Shown one piece after another: positions 1 through 11,685 of a stretch of 64,000 nucleotides of DNA. Made by a program: the position numbers and the translations under genes. Under the pieces are notes generated by a model. The model was not told the DNA's origin and did no database searches. It saw nothing but the letters and a program-made list of their open reading frames with translations. Each line of letters starts with the position of its first letter. Position 1 is the stretch's first letter. This DNA is from Trueperaceae bacterium (lineage in GTDB: Bacteria > Deinococcota > Deinococci > Deinococcales > Trueperaceae), in NCBI GenBank assembly GCA_965215565.1, contig CBDCDZ010000004.1:1536001-1600000 (forward strand), read 5' to 3'.

Positions 1-596
1 AAGGCGAGCCCGCGCTCCGAGGAGTACTGCGAGATGCCGCCCTTAGGCAGCCCGCCGTCCACCTTGGCTTCAGCGGTGAAAAAGACGTAGTCGTACGGCT
101 CGCCCTCAAAAGGGATGTCGGCGGCGCGGCGCACGGTGCTGTGCGCCCCGTCGGTGCCGACGAGGTAATGTGCCGAGACCGTTTCTTCCTGAGCGTTGGG
201 ATGCTCGAGCCTCGCTACCACCCCGTCGCCTCGCTCTTCTAAGTGCTCCTCTAAAAGCCGTTCGCTCTCGTTTTGAGGAATAACCAAGATAAAGGGGAAG
301 CGGCTATCCAGGCGGTGCATCTCGGCGCGAATCGGTTTCTCGGAGTCGGAGCCTAAGTCGATACCGGGAGCTTCGTAGCCCTCTTTAACGAAACGCTCCG
401 CGACGCCCATGAGGTCGAGCGTTTCTAAGGTGCGGGCGTGCATGACAAGCGCGTTGGAGTGTTGCGCCCTCGGTTTTTTGTCCACGATACGGAAGTTCAC
501 GTCGCGCCGGGCAAGTTCGATTGCCGTTGTAAGTCCAGTGGGTCCTGCGCCGACAATGAGAACGTCAGGGTAGTCCAGCTTCTTCTGATTTTTCAT
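1..596 (-). CDS. FAD-dependent monooxygenase (runs off window start)
   Basis: Not in the ORF track. Manual translation from ATG at 596 (SD AGGAGAGG) gives MKNQKKLDYPDVLIVGAGPTGLTTAIELARR... with a GxGxxG FAD motif and a later DGAHS motif. Confidence 0.85.
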   Translation of the reverse strand, partial: MKNQKKLDYPDVLIVGAGPTGLTTAIELARRDVNFRIVDKKPRAQHSNALVMHARTLETLDLMGVAERFVKEGYEAPGIDLGSDSEKPIRAEMHRLDSRFPFILVIPQNESERLLEEHLEERGDGVVARLEHPNAQEETVSAHYLVGTDGAHSTVRRAADIPFEGEPYDYVFFTAEAKVDGGLPKGGISQYSSERGLA

Positions 597-858
597 CGTT
601 CCTCTCCTTGTAAACTAAAAAACTTGCATTGGTTTTATAGTTTATAGAGTAGACGATGATCTACTACGTTGTCAAATGGAAAGGATCATAATATGCCTTT
701 TCTAAGCTTTGTCTCTCCGAAGAAGCGACGATGAGCCTATTCAACTCAGCAATGAAAGGGATGGGCACGCCGGGGTCTTGTGCGAGAGATGCGCGCGTTT
801 GCTGCACAAAACTCTCTAGGGCAGCCCCTTCGGTTCAAACACTATTTAACGGTGTACG

Positions 859-1989
859 CTACTCCAGCCTCTCCAACTCGAAGCTGTACCTCACTAAGCT
901 CGTCCCCTGAGTGCCCGCTCCCACTACCCGGATGAGATAATCCCCGTCCCCCTGCGGCGTGAAGTCGATCTCGGGGAGCGCACCGAAGGTACCGTATAAG
1001 GGGGAGGTCTCTATCGGCTCTTCCTGTCCTACCCGGTAGAACTCGACCCGGTAGGTGCCGTTGTAGCGGTTGTCTTCGTTGTCGTAGCTGAAGCTCAAGA
1101 GGATAGGTTCGTTAAAAGAGCCCGTGAAGCGGTATACGTCATAGGAGCCTGTTGTTACGGCTCCCGTCGCCGTGTCGCCGTAGTCGATGACCGTGGGCGT
1201 CTGTCTCTCCTCGGGCGGTCCGCTCAGGTACTGCGCCCTGACCCGGTAGTCCACCACGTTGTTCTCACCCCGGATGCGCAGGACATAGCCTCCGTCCTCA
1301 GGTGGGGAAAAGCCGATCAAGGGGGCTCGCCCGAAGGTGCCCAAGACGCTGCTGCTGTAGAGCGGTTCTTCCAAGTCGTCGGTGTCGAAGATAAGGATGC
1401 GGTAGTTACCCTGGTTTTCCTCCCCTGTCCCGGTGAAGTCGAAGGTCAGGGGGACGTTGACTTGTCCTACGAAGGTGTAGTCGTCGAAGGCGTTCTCGGC
1501 GACGAGCCCTTCTCTGGCTGTACCCGGCGCAATACTTCCCTCTTCGACCGACCCGACCGAGGTGTAGGTCACCTCGACTGTGGTCGTTTCGTCCTCGGTG
1601 ACGTCTACGGTCGTCTCGCTCTGATTATTCCCCTCGAACGCGCCGCTATAGGTGGCGTCTCTATACTCGACGCTCTCGACCTCGAGGGTGTAGGAGCCGG
1701 TCCTGAGGTCTTGTAAGGTTTGACTGCCTGTTATGGTAGTGCTGTAGTCTTGAGGACCTGCAACGAGGACGCTCGCGTCTGCGCCGTTCGGTAGACCTTC
1801 TACCGTGAATTGCAAACTACCCGTAGGTTCACCTGGCGGAACCTCGATAGGACCGGAAGGGTTCTCAGGCGTGGTGGTCGTTTCGCCACAAGCGACGAGT
1901 AAGCTCAGTAGGAGCAAGCTCAGCAAGACGCTGTACCTCAAAACGACAACGGTGGGTTTTGCATAGGTTCTACGGCTCGAGCGGTTCAT
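859..1989 (-). CDS. Lipoprotein with two repeated PPC-like beta domains
   Basis: Lipobox LLVAC and two similar ~110-aa units (D.Y.F.G...P...LGTFG..P.I.F.P..DG.Y..R). ATG at 1989 has an AAGGAG SD. Confidence 0.7.
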   Translation of the reverse strand: MNRSSRRTYAKPTVVVLRYSVLLSLLLLSLLVACGETTTTPENPSGPIEVPPGEPTGSLQFTVEGLPNGADASVLVAGPQDYSTTITGSQTLQDLRTGSYTLEVESVEYRDATYSGAFEGNNQSETTVDVTEDETTTVEVTYTSVGSVEEGSIAPGTAREGLVAENAFDDYTFVGQVNVPLTFDFTGTGEENQGNYRILIFDTDDLEEPLYSSSVLGTFGRAPLIGFSPPEDGGYVLRIRGENNVVDYRVRAQYLSGPPEERQTPTVIDYGDTATGAVTTGSYDVYRFTGSFNEPILLSFSYDNEDNRYNGTYRVEFYRVGQEEPIETSPLYGTFGALPEIDFTPQGDGDYLIRVVGAGTQGTSLVRYSFELERLE

Positions 1990-2017
1990 CTTTATCTCCT
2001 TTTCCAACGAAGTGTGT

Positions 2018-2317
2018 TCACGTACCTAATAGCTGCGCTAGGTCCATCCTGAAGTCCACGAACAAGATGCCTAAGATGCAAAACCCGCCGAGGAGGGCAA
2101 GTATCAGCCAGAAGAAGCGGCTGTGCAGGAGGTCACCTAAGTTATCGAAGTGCTCTTTTGTTTCCTTCCTGATATCTTTCAGCTCCTGCCGCACGTCCTC
2201 GTGGCGCAGAGCCATGCGGTAGAGCTGCTTGGCGAGCCGGTCTTGTTCGCGCTCAAGTTCGTCTAGTCGGTACTCACGGGCACTAGCTCTATTTCTGTTG
2301 CGAGTCGCTTCGCTCAT
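2018..2317 (-). CDS. Small coiled-coil protein with C-terminal TM helix
   Basis: ORF overlaps the upstream stop codon; hydrophobic C-terminus. Confidence 0.55.
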   Translation of the reverse strand: MSEATRNRNRASAREYRLDELEREQDRLAKQLYRMALRHEDVRQELKDIRKETKEHFDNLGDLLHSRFFWLILALLGGFCILGILFVDFRMDLAQLLGT

Positions 2318-2862
2318 ACCGCGAGCTGCGCCGCGTCCCCGGCGAAGTAGGCGAGGACGAGTTCGGTGTTTCTCTCTACCCCGAGCTTCTCGCGGGCATG
2401 CCTGAGGTGCTCACCTGCCGTATAGGGGATGATACCTAAGGATTCGGCTAACATCTCGACGCTCTCCCCGTACACCGTGCGGCGCAGCACCTCGCGTTCT
2501 CTCGGAGTGAGCGGGCTCTTGGCCGGTGGTGGTCCTTCGTAGAAATGCTCGCCGATAGCAACGCGGGAGAGGTAGAAGGCTAGGGCTCGAGCTGGTGGCA
2601 GGCTCGAGGTGACCAACAACCCCTGCGGCTTCAGATCGAGTAAATCTAACAAGTAGTGGATGGAGCGGTTGGCAGTCACGAGGAGCACGGGCAGAGGTAG
2701 CCCAAGTGCGCTCAATACCTTTAGGGCGTAGCCGGGGCGGTCATCGAGTACTAAGCTCACCGGCACGTCGAAGTCGAGCGTGCTCAGACGCTCGGCAACC
2801 GCATCCTTCATGCGCCCCGAAGCGGCGTGGATACTCAGATGACTCTGAAGCTGAGTTGACAC
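2314..2862 (-). CDS. LuxR/NarL-family HTH regulator with degenerate receiver-like N-terminus
   Basis: LTPREREVL...LAESLGI...H.R.KLGV LuxR motif; GGAGG SD. Confidence 0.8.
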   Translation of the reverse strand: MSTQLQSHLSIHAASGRMKDAVAERLSTLDFDVPVSLVLDDRPGYALKVLSALGLPLPVLLVTANRSIHYLLDLLDLKPQGLLVTSSLPPARALAFYLSRVAIGEHFYEGPPPAKSPLTPREREVLRRTVYGESVEMLAESLGIIPYTAGEHLRHAREKLGVERNTELVLAYFAGDAAQLAV

Positions 2863-2888
2863 AAGCTCCTCCCCCTTAATGTGCCGCG

Positions 2889-3701
2889 TTAGGGTGCCCC
2901 ACCACTGACCCCGATGCCTATAGGTGTCTGCGGCAGGTCCAACGTCTCGGTCGTCGTGAGGAGCATCTCTCCACCCGCTAAACTGGCTGCGCCCGAGACC
3001 TCGAGCAGATTGAGCCCCGCTTGTAAGTCCAGGTCGGTCGTCACCTGCGACCCCTCGCCCGAACAGTAGCCGCTGCCTGCGACCCGGAAGGGCTCAAGTG
3101 CGTAGAGAAGCCCGAGTAAGGTGCGCAACTCGTAGTCGAAGAGCCCGCCCTGCTCGGCGGTGAGGTCTACGATGCCCCAGAACTGCCCATCGGCATAGAG
3201 GGCGAGTTTGAGCAGAACCATCTGGGCACCCGGTGGTGATAGGGAGGGGGCGACCTCGGGGCAGAGTTGGAAGTCGTCCAAACTCGCCTCCTGGTAGAAG
3301 CGCCTGGCGCCCCTCGGTAGCTCTTCGAGCAAGCGGTAGGTCACTTCGCCTATCTCGCTCACCGGGAAGCTGAACACGGTCGTGAGGTTCTCCTCGCTAT
3401 AGTCCTCCGAGGTGACGTCCGCTACGGCGACGGCGTGCACCTCTCCCTCAGCGCCCGAGGGCCAGCCCTCAGGCGGCCACGGGGTCAAGCGGGTGGTTAG
3501 CTCGAGTTGGGCATAAGTGATAGGCGACACTGCCAACAAACATATGAAACTTAGTAGGGCAAGTTTTGAAACAGTACAACGATCCGCCCAAGTTTTTTCA
3601 CGCCTCTCCCTATACGAGCAACTACTAGAAACGCCGAATAACACAATTGACCCCTCTTCTGCAGTACGTGGTGCACGACAAGAAAATTTCTTACGAGTCA
3701 T
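2889..3701 (-). CDS. Hypothetical secreted protein (true start probably downstream of 3701)
   Basis: Internal signal-peptide-like segment KLALLSFICLLAVSPITYAQ. Confidence 0.55.
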   Translation of the reverse strand: MTRKKFSCRAPRTAEEGSIVLFGVSSSCSYRERREKTWADRCTVSKLALLSFICLLAVSPITYAQLELTTRLTPWPPEGWPSGAEGEVHAVAVADVTSEDYSEENLTTVFSFPVSEIGEVTYRLLEELPRGARRFYQEASLDDFQLCPEVAPSLSPPGAQMVLLKLALYADGQFWGIVDLTAEQGGLFDYELRTLLGLLYALEPFRVAGSGYCSGEGSQVTTDLDLQAGLNLLEVSGAASLAGGEMLLTTTETLDLPQTPIGIGVSGGAP

Positions 3702-3778
3702 ACCCTAGCATAATTCTCATTAGTATGAGACCCTTACAATGAGTCGCATGTGACGAACTGAGAACGAATGATGATAAT

Positions 3779-4042
3779 GTGTTCAGACCCGATAGTGAGG
3801 AGCTTTCACGTGCTGCGTTCGCCTATAGGAAGCGTGTCGGCAAACACCTCATGAGGCTGCGTAAGCAGAAAGGGTTGAACCAAGACGAATTTGCTTTCAA
3901 CGCAGGGCTTCATCGCTCCCATGTCGGTAAGATTGAGAACGCTACTCTGAACGTCACCCTCGAGTCGCTCTACAAGTACGCGCACGGGCTCGAGATGGAT
4001 GTCTGGGAGATGTTGCGAATCGTCAGCGAGGATGAATTTTAA
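3779..4042 (+). CDS. XRE-family HTH regulator (R-M controller-protein-like)
   Basis: LRKQKGLNQDEFAFNAGLHRSHVGKIEN...NVTLESL HTH_3 pattern, upstream of hsdM. Confidence 0.85.
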   Translation: MFRPDSEELSRAAFAYRKRVGKHLMRLRKQKGLNQDEFAFNAGLHRSHVGKIENATLNVTLESLYKYAHGLEMDVWEMLRIVSEDEF

Positions 4043-4534
4043 TCCACCTCAGAGACGCATTAGCACCCCTCAAAATGCATGACGTTACAAGGGTAACTAC
4101 GCCGATTTGGGAAAGGCTTCGGAAGAAGAGAAGAGGGCTGAGATAGTGTGTGAGCAAGATTCCAACCCTTGAAAAGATTGTACAAGCGGCTAAAGGTCTA
4201 AGTCTAAGAAAGCAGAGGAAAGCTCTACAAGAATGCAAACCCATGTTTTCAAACAGCTTTATCATCACCTTGGTGGTGTACTAGAAGTTGGCGGGCTTTT
4301 GCTACCTACGCCTAGAAGATGTTGGAAGTCGCGGTATTCTTCGGCGTCACTGTTCCTGCACCTTCAACCTACCCAAGATTACGATATTCACCGCTTTTAA
4401 GAATATTTTAGCGGTACTTTGGCTCCGCATTTATGGCGCTGAGTCATCAATTCTCAGCGCTTCATCTTGCGGGCGCGAGGTTAAGCTGAAAGCACATAAT
4501 TTCAGCCGCCGAAAGGACGCACCTAGACCTCGAT

Positions 4535-7215
4535 ATGACGACCCAACGCGATAAACTCACGCTCGCCCAACTCGAGACCTTCCTCCTCCAAGCCGCCGAC
4601 ATCCTGCGCGGCAAGATGGACGCCAACGACTTCAAAGAGTACATCTTCGGGATGCTCTTCTTGAAGCGCATCCCGACCAGTTCGCTGCCAAGCAGGAAGA
4701 GATGAGGCAAGTTTACAGCCATCTTTCCGAAGAGCTAGTGGACGAACTGCTGACGGAGAAGACAACCTACGGCGAGGCGTTCTTTGTTCCAGAAGAGGCT
4801 CGCTGGAATAGGATCAGAGATTTTCAGCACAATATCGGTGAGCAGTTGAACGTCGCCGTTTCTGCCCTTGAAGAGGCTAACGACACGTTTGAGGGTGTTC
4901 TCAAAGACAAGATCAACTTCAACGCGGCGAGTGGCGGCAAGCGTCTCGTGTCAGACGGACGGCTCAAAGACCTCATCAACCACTTCAATACCATCGTTCT
5001 CACTAACGGCAACTTCGAGTTCCCCGACCTCTTGGGCGCAGCCTACGAGTACCTCATCAAGTTCTTCGCTGACAGCGCTGGTAAAAAGGGCGGCGAGTTC
5101 TACACGCCTGCCGAAGTGGTTCGCCTTATGGTGCAACTCGTCAAGCCCAAACAAGATATGTCCGTGTACGATCCGACCATTGGCTCGGGAGGAATGCTCA
5201 TCCAGTCGGCGCAGTACGTCGAGGAGCAGGGGGAAGACCCTATCAAGCTGAACCTCTTCGGGCAAGAATCCAACCCGGCGACCTGGGCGATCAGCGTGAT
5301 GAACATGATTTTGCACAACCTCGCCTCCGCGAGCATCGAGTACGGCGACACGTTAGAGGAACCCCTACACGTTAGGGACGGGCGTCTGCGGCAGTTCGAC
5401 CGCGTTCTAGCCAACCCACCCTTCTCCCAAAACTACACCCGCGCCAACATGGACTTCACCAACTGCTTCCCCTACGGCTTCGCGCCGGAGACGGGCAAGA
5501 AAGCCGACCTCATGTTCGTCCAGCACATGATCGCCAGCCTCAAGGACACCGGCGTCATGGCGACGGTCATGCCGCACGGCGTGCTCTTTCGGGGCGGCAA
5601 AGAGAAGCAGATTCGCGAGGGGTTCGTCAAAGCGGGCATCGTCGAGGCGATTATCAGCCTACCCCCCTCGCTCTTCTACGGCACGGGCATCCCTGCCTGC
5701 ATTCTCGTCATCAACAAGAACAAGCCCGACGGCTTGCGCAACAAGGTGCTCTTCATCAACGCCGACGCAGAGTACGCCGAGGGCAAGAAGCAGAACAAGC
5801 TGCGCCCCGAGGACATCGAGAAGATCGACTGGGTCTACACCCACAAGCACGAAGCGCCCAAATACTCGCGCCTGGTAGACATAGAAGAGATCAGAGACAA
5901 CGACTACAACCTCAACATCTGCCGCTACGTGGACAACACCCCGCCCCCCGAACCCGAGGACGTGCGGGCGCACCTGGTCGGCGGCGTACCTAAACAAGAG
6001 GTGCAAGCGCAGCAGAAACAGCTCGACAAATTCGACATTATGCCCCTGCTCGTCTTCCAGGAGCGCGACGCCGAGTATTACGACTTTCGGGACGAGATCG
6101 GGAGCCGTGACGACCTCAAGCGCATCATCGAAGAGGACCAGAACGTCAGGGCGACCTACCGCCGCATGATCGAGCGGCTCGAAGGTTGGTGGGTAAAAGC
6201 CCGCGACACCTTCGCCCGCCTCGCCCCGCCGAACGGCGCGGACTACCCACAAGCTAAGCTCCCCGACGTTCGCGCCGACCTGCTCGCCTCACTCAAGGCG
6301 ACGCTACAAGAAGAGCGCGTGCTCGACGACTTCCAGGCGGGCGGCGTCTTCGCCAACTGGTGGGACGCCATCAAGTACGACCTCAAAACTATCGTAGCGA
6401 ACGGTTGGCACCATACCCTCATCCCGGACGAATACCTGATACGCGCCTTTTTTCAAGCCGACCAGGACGCGCTCGACATCCTCGCTAACACGCTCAGTGA
6501 CCAAGAGGCGCAGCTCGACGAGGCGGTGCAAGAGGTAGAATACGAGCCCGAGGAAGACGAGAAGGTCACACCCGCCGTGGTCAAGAACCACCTGACCAGC
6601 GAGATCAAGTCCCTCAAAGAGGACGGCGGTCCGCTGCTTTCCGGGGCGGAAGATGAGTTAGCAGGTTACGAGGCGCAGCTTGGGGCGATTAAGGATGCAG
6701 AAGGCGCGATCAAGAAGACCAAAGCCAAGATCAAAGAGCGTGAGGTGCAGCTCGCTGAGAAGCTGCTGCTGAAGCGCTACGGGGTAGAAGAGGTCACGGC
6801 GGACCTGAATGCTCGGCTCAGGCAGGTGCAAAAAGAGGTCGAGGCGTGGGAGGCGAAGCCGGGCGGTGATGCGAAAGAGGAGAAAGCGCGGAAGAGTGAG
6901 GTGAATAAGCTGGGTAAAGATGTGAAGGCGCTTGAGGGGCAGAGGGAGCGGGCGGAAGGGTTGTTTGGGCAGGTTGGGGGGGTGCTTACGGAGGAGGAAG
7001 CGAAGAATCTCATTCTGCAAAAACACCACGACCTTGTTAGAAGCACGCTTGAACGCTATATGGATCAAGAAAGGCGCATTCTACTCAGTAGTTTCAACAA
7101 CCTGAATGAGAAATACTCTACTTCAGCCTATGAATTAGAGGCTGATCGAGAGGACACAATGACTCAGCTTCAGGTAATCATGAAACAGCTAAATTATACC
7201 GAGGCGGTAGCGTGA
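4535..7215 (+). pseudogene. hsdM: Type I R-M methyltransferase subunit, 1-nt frameshift near 4673
   Basis: N-terminus [46 protein letters not shown] starts at 4535 in a different frame from the 4702 ORF, which carries GEFYTP, DPTIGSGG and NPPF motifs. Confidence 0.85.
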
Positions 7216-8549
7216 GAGGTTGGAAAAGGCAAAAGATAGGGCAGTTATTCGAGTACACAATTCCAGGAGATTGGGGCGGAACTCCTTCTACGAATAGCTC
7301 TGTGCCCGTAGTTCGTTCGACTAACTTTAGGAACGATGGCAGGCTAGATTTGAGCGACATCGTGTACAGAAGTGTTAGTCCCAAAAGCCTGAGTGTGCGT
7401 GAAGTAAATCAAGGAGACGTGCTCATTGAAAAATCAGGAGGTAGCCCAAACCAGCCCGCAGGTAGAGTTGTTTTCTGCGATCAAGAGTTTGGAGGCACGT
7501 GTTCCAACTTTATAGAAGTTGCCAAGATCAAACAAGGTTTCGACAACAGGTTTATTTTCTACCTCTTGTATTTCCTTTACCAGACAGGTCTCGTACTTAA
7601 ATACCAGCAGCAAACAACTGGGATAATTAACTTTAAGCTCAATCAGTACATGGATGAGTTTGTGGAAGTGCCTGGTTCAAAACAAGAGCAAAAAGAGATA
7701 GCTGATGTATTAACAAATATAGACACCGCCATCACTCAAACCGAGGCGCTTATCGCCAAGTACCAGCGTGTCCGCACCGGGCTCATGCAGGACTTGCTGA
7801 CGAAAGGCGTTGACAAAGAGGGGCGCATCCGCTCCGAGGAGACGCACGAGTTTAAGGACTCGCCGCTGGGGAGGATTCCGGTGGAGTGGGATATGGCATC
7901 TATAGCTGATACTGCTAGCAAAAGCCAGGGCTCAACTTCAATTGGACCATTCGGTAGCGATTTACTTGCTAGCGACTATAGGGACCAAGGAGTTCCGGTC
8001 GTTTTTGTTCGAGATATTAAAAGCGATGGTTTCATTTGGAAAAGCGAAGTATACCTGGATCAAGAAAAAGCGGAGAAGCTCGCTGCACACTCCGTACTTC
8101 CGGGTGATGTAATCGCCACAAAAATGGGATTACCGCCCTGTATCTCATGCGTTTACCCGTTAAATATGCCTCCCGGCATCATTACCGCTGATGTAATTCG
8201 ACTTCGTCCAAACTTGGAGATAGCCAATGCTGAATGGCTTGCTCAGTATCTAAATTTTACACCCGTGCGGAATCAGGTTAAAGCAATTACAGGAGGTGTG
8301 ACGCGACCAAAGGTTACGCTTAGAGACTTCAGAAATTTACTCATTGCTCTTCCTAGAATTAGCGAGCAATCTCAAATCCTAAGTATTTTGCGCAAAAATC
8401 AGCAACGAGTTGAGTGCGAAGAGGAGTACGTAAGTAAGCTTAATCATCTGAAAAGTGGTCTCATGCAAGACCTCTTAACAGGTAAAGTTTCCGTTGACGC
8501 GCTTCTTAACCAAACTGAGTCTCAAACACCGGAGGTTGTCGCCTCATGA
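7212..8549 (+). CDS. hsdS: Type I R-M specificity subunit
   Basis: Two AT-rich TRDs with conserved EQ..IA..L / GLMQDLLT repeats, between hsdM and hsdR. Confidence 0.92.
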   Translation: MRGWKRQKIGQLFEYTIPGDWGGTPSTNSSVPVVRSTNFRNDGRLDLSDIVYRSVSPKSLSVREVNQGDVLIEKSGGSPNQPAGRVVFCDQEFGGTCSNFIEVAKIKQGFDNRFIFYLLYFLYQTGLVLKYQQQTTGIINFKLNQYMDEFVEVPGSKQEQKEIADVLTNIDTAITQTEALIAKYQRVRTGLMQDLLTKGVDKEGRIRSEETHEFKDSPLGRIPVEWDMASIADTASKSQGSTSIGPFGSDLLASDYRDQGVPVVFVRDIKSDGFIWKSEVYLDQEKAEKLAAHSVLPGDVIATKMGLPPCISCVYPLNMPPGIITADVIRLRPNLEIANAEWLAQYLNFTPVRNQVKAITGGVTRPKVTLRDFRNLLIALPRISEQSQILSILRKNQQRVECEEEYVSKLNHLKSGLMQDLLTGKVSVDALLNQTESQTPEVVAS

Positions 8550-11500
8550 TCAAGCCGGATAAGAAGGTCACGCCTAAGCGTCAGAGTGAGCGGCGGAGCG
8601 TTGAGTTGCCGCTGCTAGAGCAGCTCAGGGGCTTGGGCTGGGAGGTGCTGGACCTGGAGATGAAGCAGGAGCCCGCCGACTCGTACCGGGAGAGCTTCAC
8701 GCAGGTCATCCTGGAGCCTCGGCTGCGCGAGGCGCTGCTGCGTATCAATCCTTGGTTGGAGAGCAGTCAGATTACGGAGTTGGTGCGGCGCATCACGCCC
8801 ACGACGGGGAGCCTCTTCGAGAACAACCAGCATATTTTAGACCTGCTCTTAGACGGCACGCCGCTGGACAAGAACCACCAGACGGGCGACCAGAGCCCGA
8901 CGGCTCGCTACGTGGACTTCGACCACATCGAGAACAACGACTTCTTAGCGGTCTGTCAGTTCAAGGTGCGTATCCTCGGCACGGAGAAGCACATCATCCC
9001 GGATGTGGTGTGCTTTTTGAACGGGTTGCCTATCGCCGTCATCGAGTGCAAGTCGCCCAAAGCGCAAGACCCGATTCCCGAAGCGATTGACCAGATGCTG
9101 CGCTACAGCGAACAGCGCGATGAGGGGAGCGAGGGCAACAAGACGCTCTTCTACTACAACCAGTTTTTAGTCGCCACTTGCCGTAACGAGGCGAAGTTTG
9201 GCACGATCAGCAGCCGCAGCGCCAAGCACTACTTCCGCTGGGCTGACCCCTACCCGCGCGAGCTTGACGACATCCGCGAGGGGCAGGCGAGCCCGAACGA
9301 CCAGTTGCGTCTCGTGGCGGGGATGTTTGACCGCCGTAACCTCTTGGACCTCATCCGCGTCTTCACCCTCTTCGTGGAGGATGATAAGGGTAAGCGCATC
9401 AAGGTCGTGGGGCGTTACCAGCAGTTTAGAGCGGTCAAGAAGGCGGCGCGGCGGCTTTTAGATGGCAATAACAAACTACAGCGCGGCGGCATCATCTGGC
9501 ATACGCAGGGCTCCGGCAAGTCGCTCACGATGGTCTTTTTGGTGCGGGAGATGTACCTGCAAGACACGCTCAAGAGTTGGAAGGTCGTCTTCGTCACGGA
9601 CCGGACGCAGCTTCAGGACCAGCTCACGAGTACGACCAAAGCCATCGGCAAGACGGTGCAGGTGGCGGACAGCATCAACAAGCTCAAGGCGCTGTTGCCC
9701 ACCGACTCCTCGGACCTCGTGATGGCGATGATCCATAAGTTTCAGGAGCGGGAGTTGAAGACGAGCGTCTTTGAAGAGATGAACCCAAGTACGAACATCC
9801 TCGTGCTGACGGACGAGGCGCACCGCTCGCAGTACAGCTTGCTGGCGGGGAATCTGAACCGAGCACTGCCCAACGCCACGGAGATCGGCTTTACGGGCAC
9901 GCCCATCGACAAAACCGAGCAGAAGTACGGCGACTACATCGATAAGTACACCATGCGGCAGTCTATCGAGGACGGGGTGACGCTCGAGATCGTCTACGAA
10001 GGACGCACCAACAACGCCGAAGTGGACGATCAAGGCAAAGCGAACGAGTTGTTTGAGGATGTGTTCAGCGAGTACGACTTGGGCGAGCGGCTGCAAGTGT
10101 TGGGCTACGGTGGCAAAGACGCTTTCTTGGAGGCGCAAGAGGTCATCAACGCGAAAGCGCTCGACATGGTCAGGCACTACGCCGAGCATGTGTTTCCCAA
10201 CGGCTTTAAGGCGCAGGTGGTGGCGACCTCTCGCGAAGCCGCGCACCGCTACGGGCTAGCGCTCAAAGACGCCCTCTCAAGAGTCCACGCCGAACTGGAG
10301 CAGAATAACCCGCTCAACGTCGATCTGAAGAGGTTACAGCAACTTGAGGTCGCGGTGGTCATTTCTGGCGGCAGTCATAACGACAAGCCTTATCTCAAGA
10401 AGCACGCCGACGCTACGAGCACAGGAAGGACATCGCCGGCTTCAAGCTCGCCTTCGGCAGCGAAAACGAGGACGGTGTAGAGGGTAACGTCGGTTTTCTC
10501 GTCGTGAACAACATGCTACTAACTGGGTTCGACGCGCCCATCGAGCAGGTCATGTATCTGGACAAGGTCAGCGTGGCGCACAACTTGCTACAAGCTATCG
10601 CCCGCGTGAACCGCGTCGGACCGGATGGGAAGGACAAGGGCTTTGTGGTGGATTATGTGGGCGTCGGTCATCACCTGAAACGAGCCCTAGATGACTATCA
10701 TGAGCGCGAGCAGAAGGAGATTCTCGAGTCGCTGAGCGACCCAGCGCAGGAGTTAGAAGACCTCAGACAGGCGCGTGATGCGGTCTGGGCACTCCTGGAG
10801 CGGTCGGGCGTCCACGACCTGCACGACTACGACGCCTTCTATGACCTCTTCTACGACGAGGAGACGCGCTTCGAGTACATCTTGGCGTTCCGTAAGTTCA
10901 CTAAGGCGTTCAACCTCGTGCTCCCCCGCAAGGAGGCGCTCGACTACCTGGAGGAGTATCTGCAATTCGCCGAGATCAACGTCAAGGCGATGCAGCACCT
11001 GCGCGACAGCCGCCTCAGCATGAAAGGTATCCCCGAGAAGCTGCGCAAGATTACTGACGCCCACCTCAAATCTCAGGACATCGAGCAGAAGGTCGCGCCC
11101 ATTTCAATTATGGATGACGATTTCTTACAGCATGTCGGTAAGAAAAAGCGCACCAAAACCAAAGCCGCCGAGATCGAGCACGGCATCCGGCACCATATCG
11201 ACACGCACCTTGACGAGGACCCTGAACTCTACGCCTCGTTTGCCGAAGCGCTCCAGGAGATCATCAAGACTTTTAAGGACAACTGGCAGAAGATTTACGA
11301 GGAATTGGAAAAGCTCCGGCAACGCATGAAGAACGCGGCGAAAGAGCCAACCTATGGTCTGCACCGCAAGAAGCAGATGCCCCTCTTTCGCATTTTGCAT
11401 AAGGAGATTTACGATGACCAGCCACTAGACAGCGACAACATCTCGTCGCTCGTACCCCTCACGCAGGAGATCACACTCATCTTGGAACGTGAATTGCAGC

Positions 11501-11679
11501 TCTCAGGCTTCTGGGACAACGTGATCGCCCGCAACAGGCTTAAGGGCGAACTTCAGAAAACCCTTCTCTCACCTGAAAACGCTAAACTACCTAATGTGGT
11601 CAAGAAGCGTAACGAGGTCATCACGCGGGTCATGGAGGTGGCGGAGCGCAACCACGACGCCATCCTCTACGCGGCGTAG
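8546..11679 (+). pseudogene. hsdR: Type I R-M restriction subunit, frameshift near 10412
   Basis: IECK nuclease motif, HTQGSGKS, DEAH, GFTGTP. The second frame continues EHRKDIAGFK...VVNNMLLTGFDAP...QAIARVNR. Confidence 0.88.
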
Positions 11680-11685
11680 GTCGCT

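Noticed and set aside
665..700. TGTCAAA at 670 as the distal transposon end
   Set aside because: Preceded by TACGT rather than AGAGC and not followed by TATTTGCGAA-like repeats.
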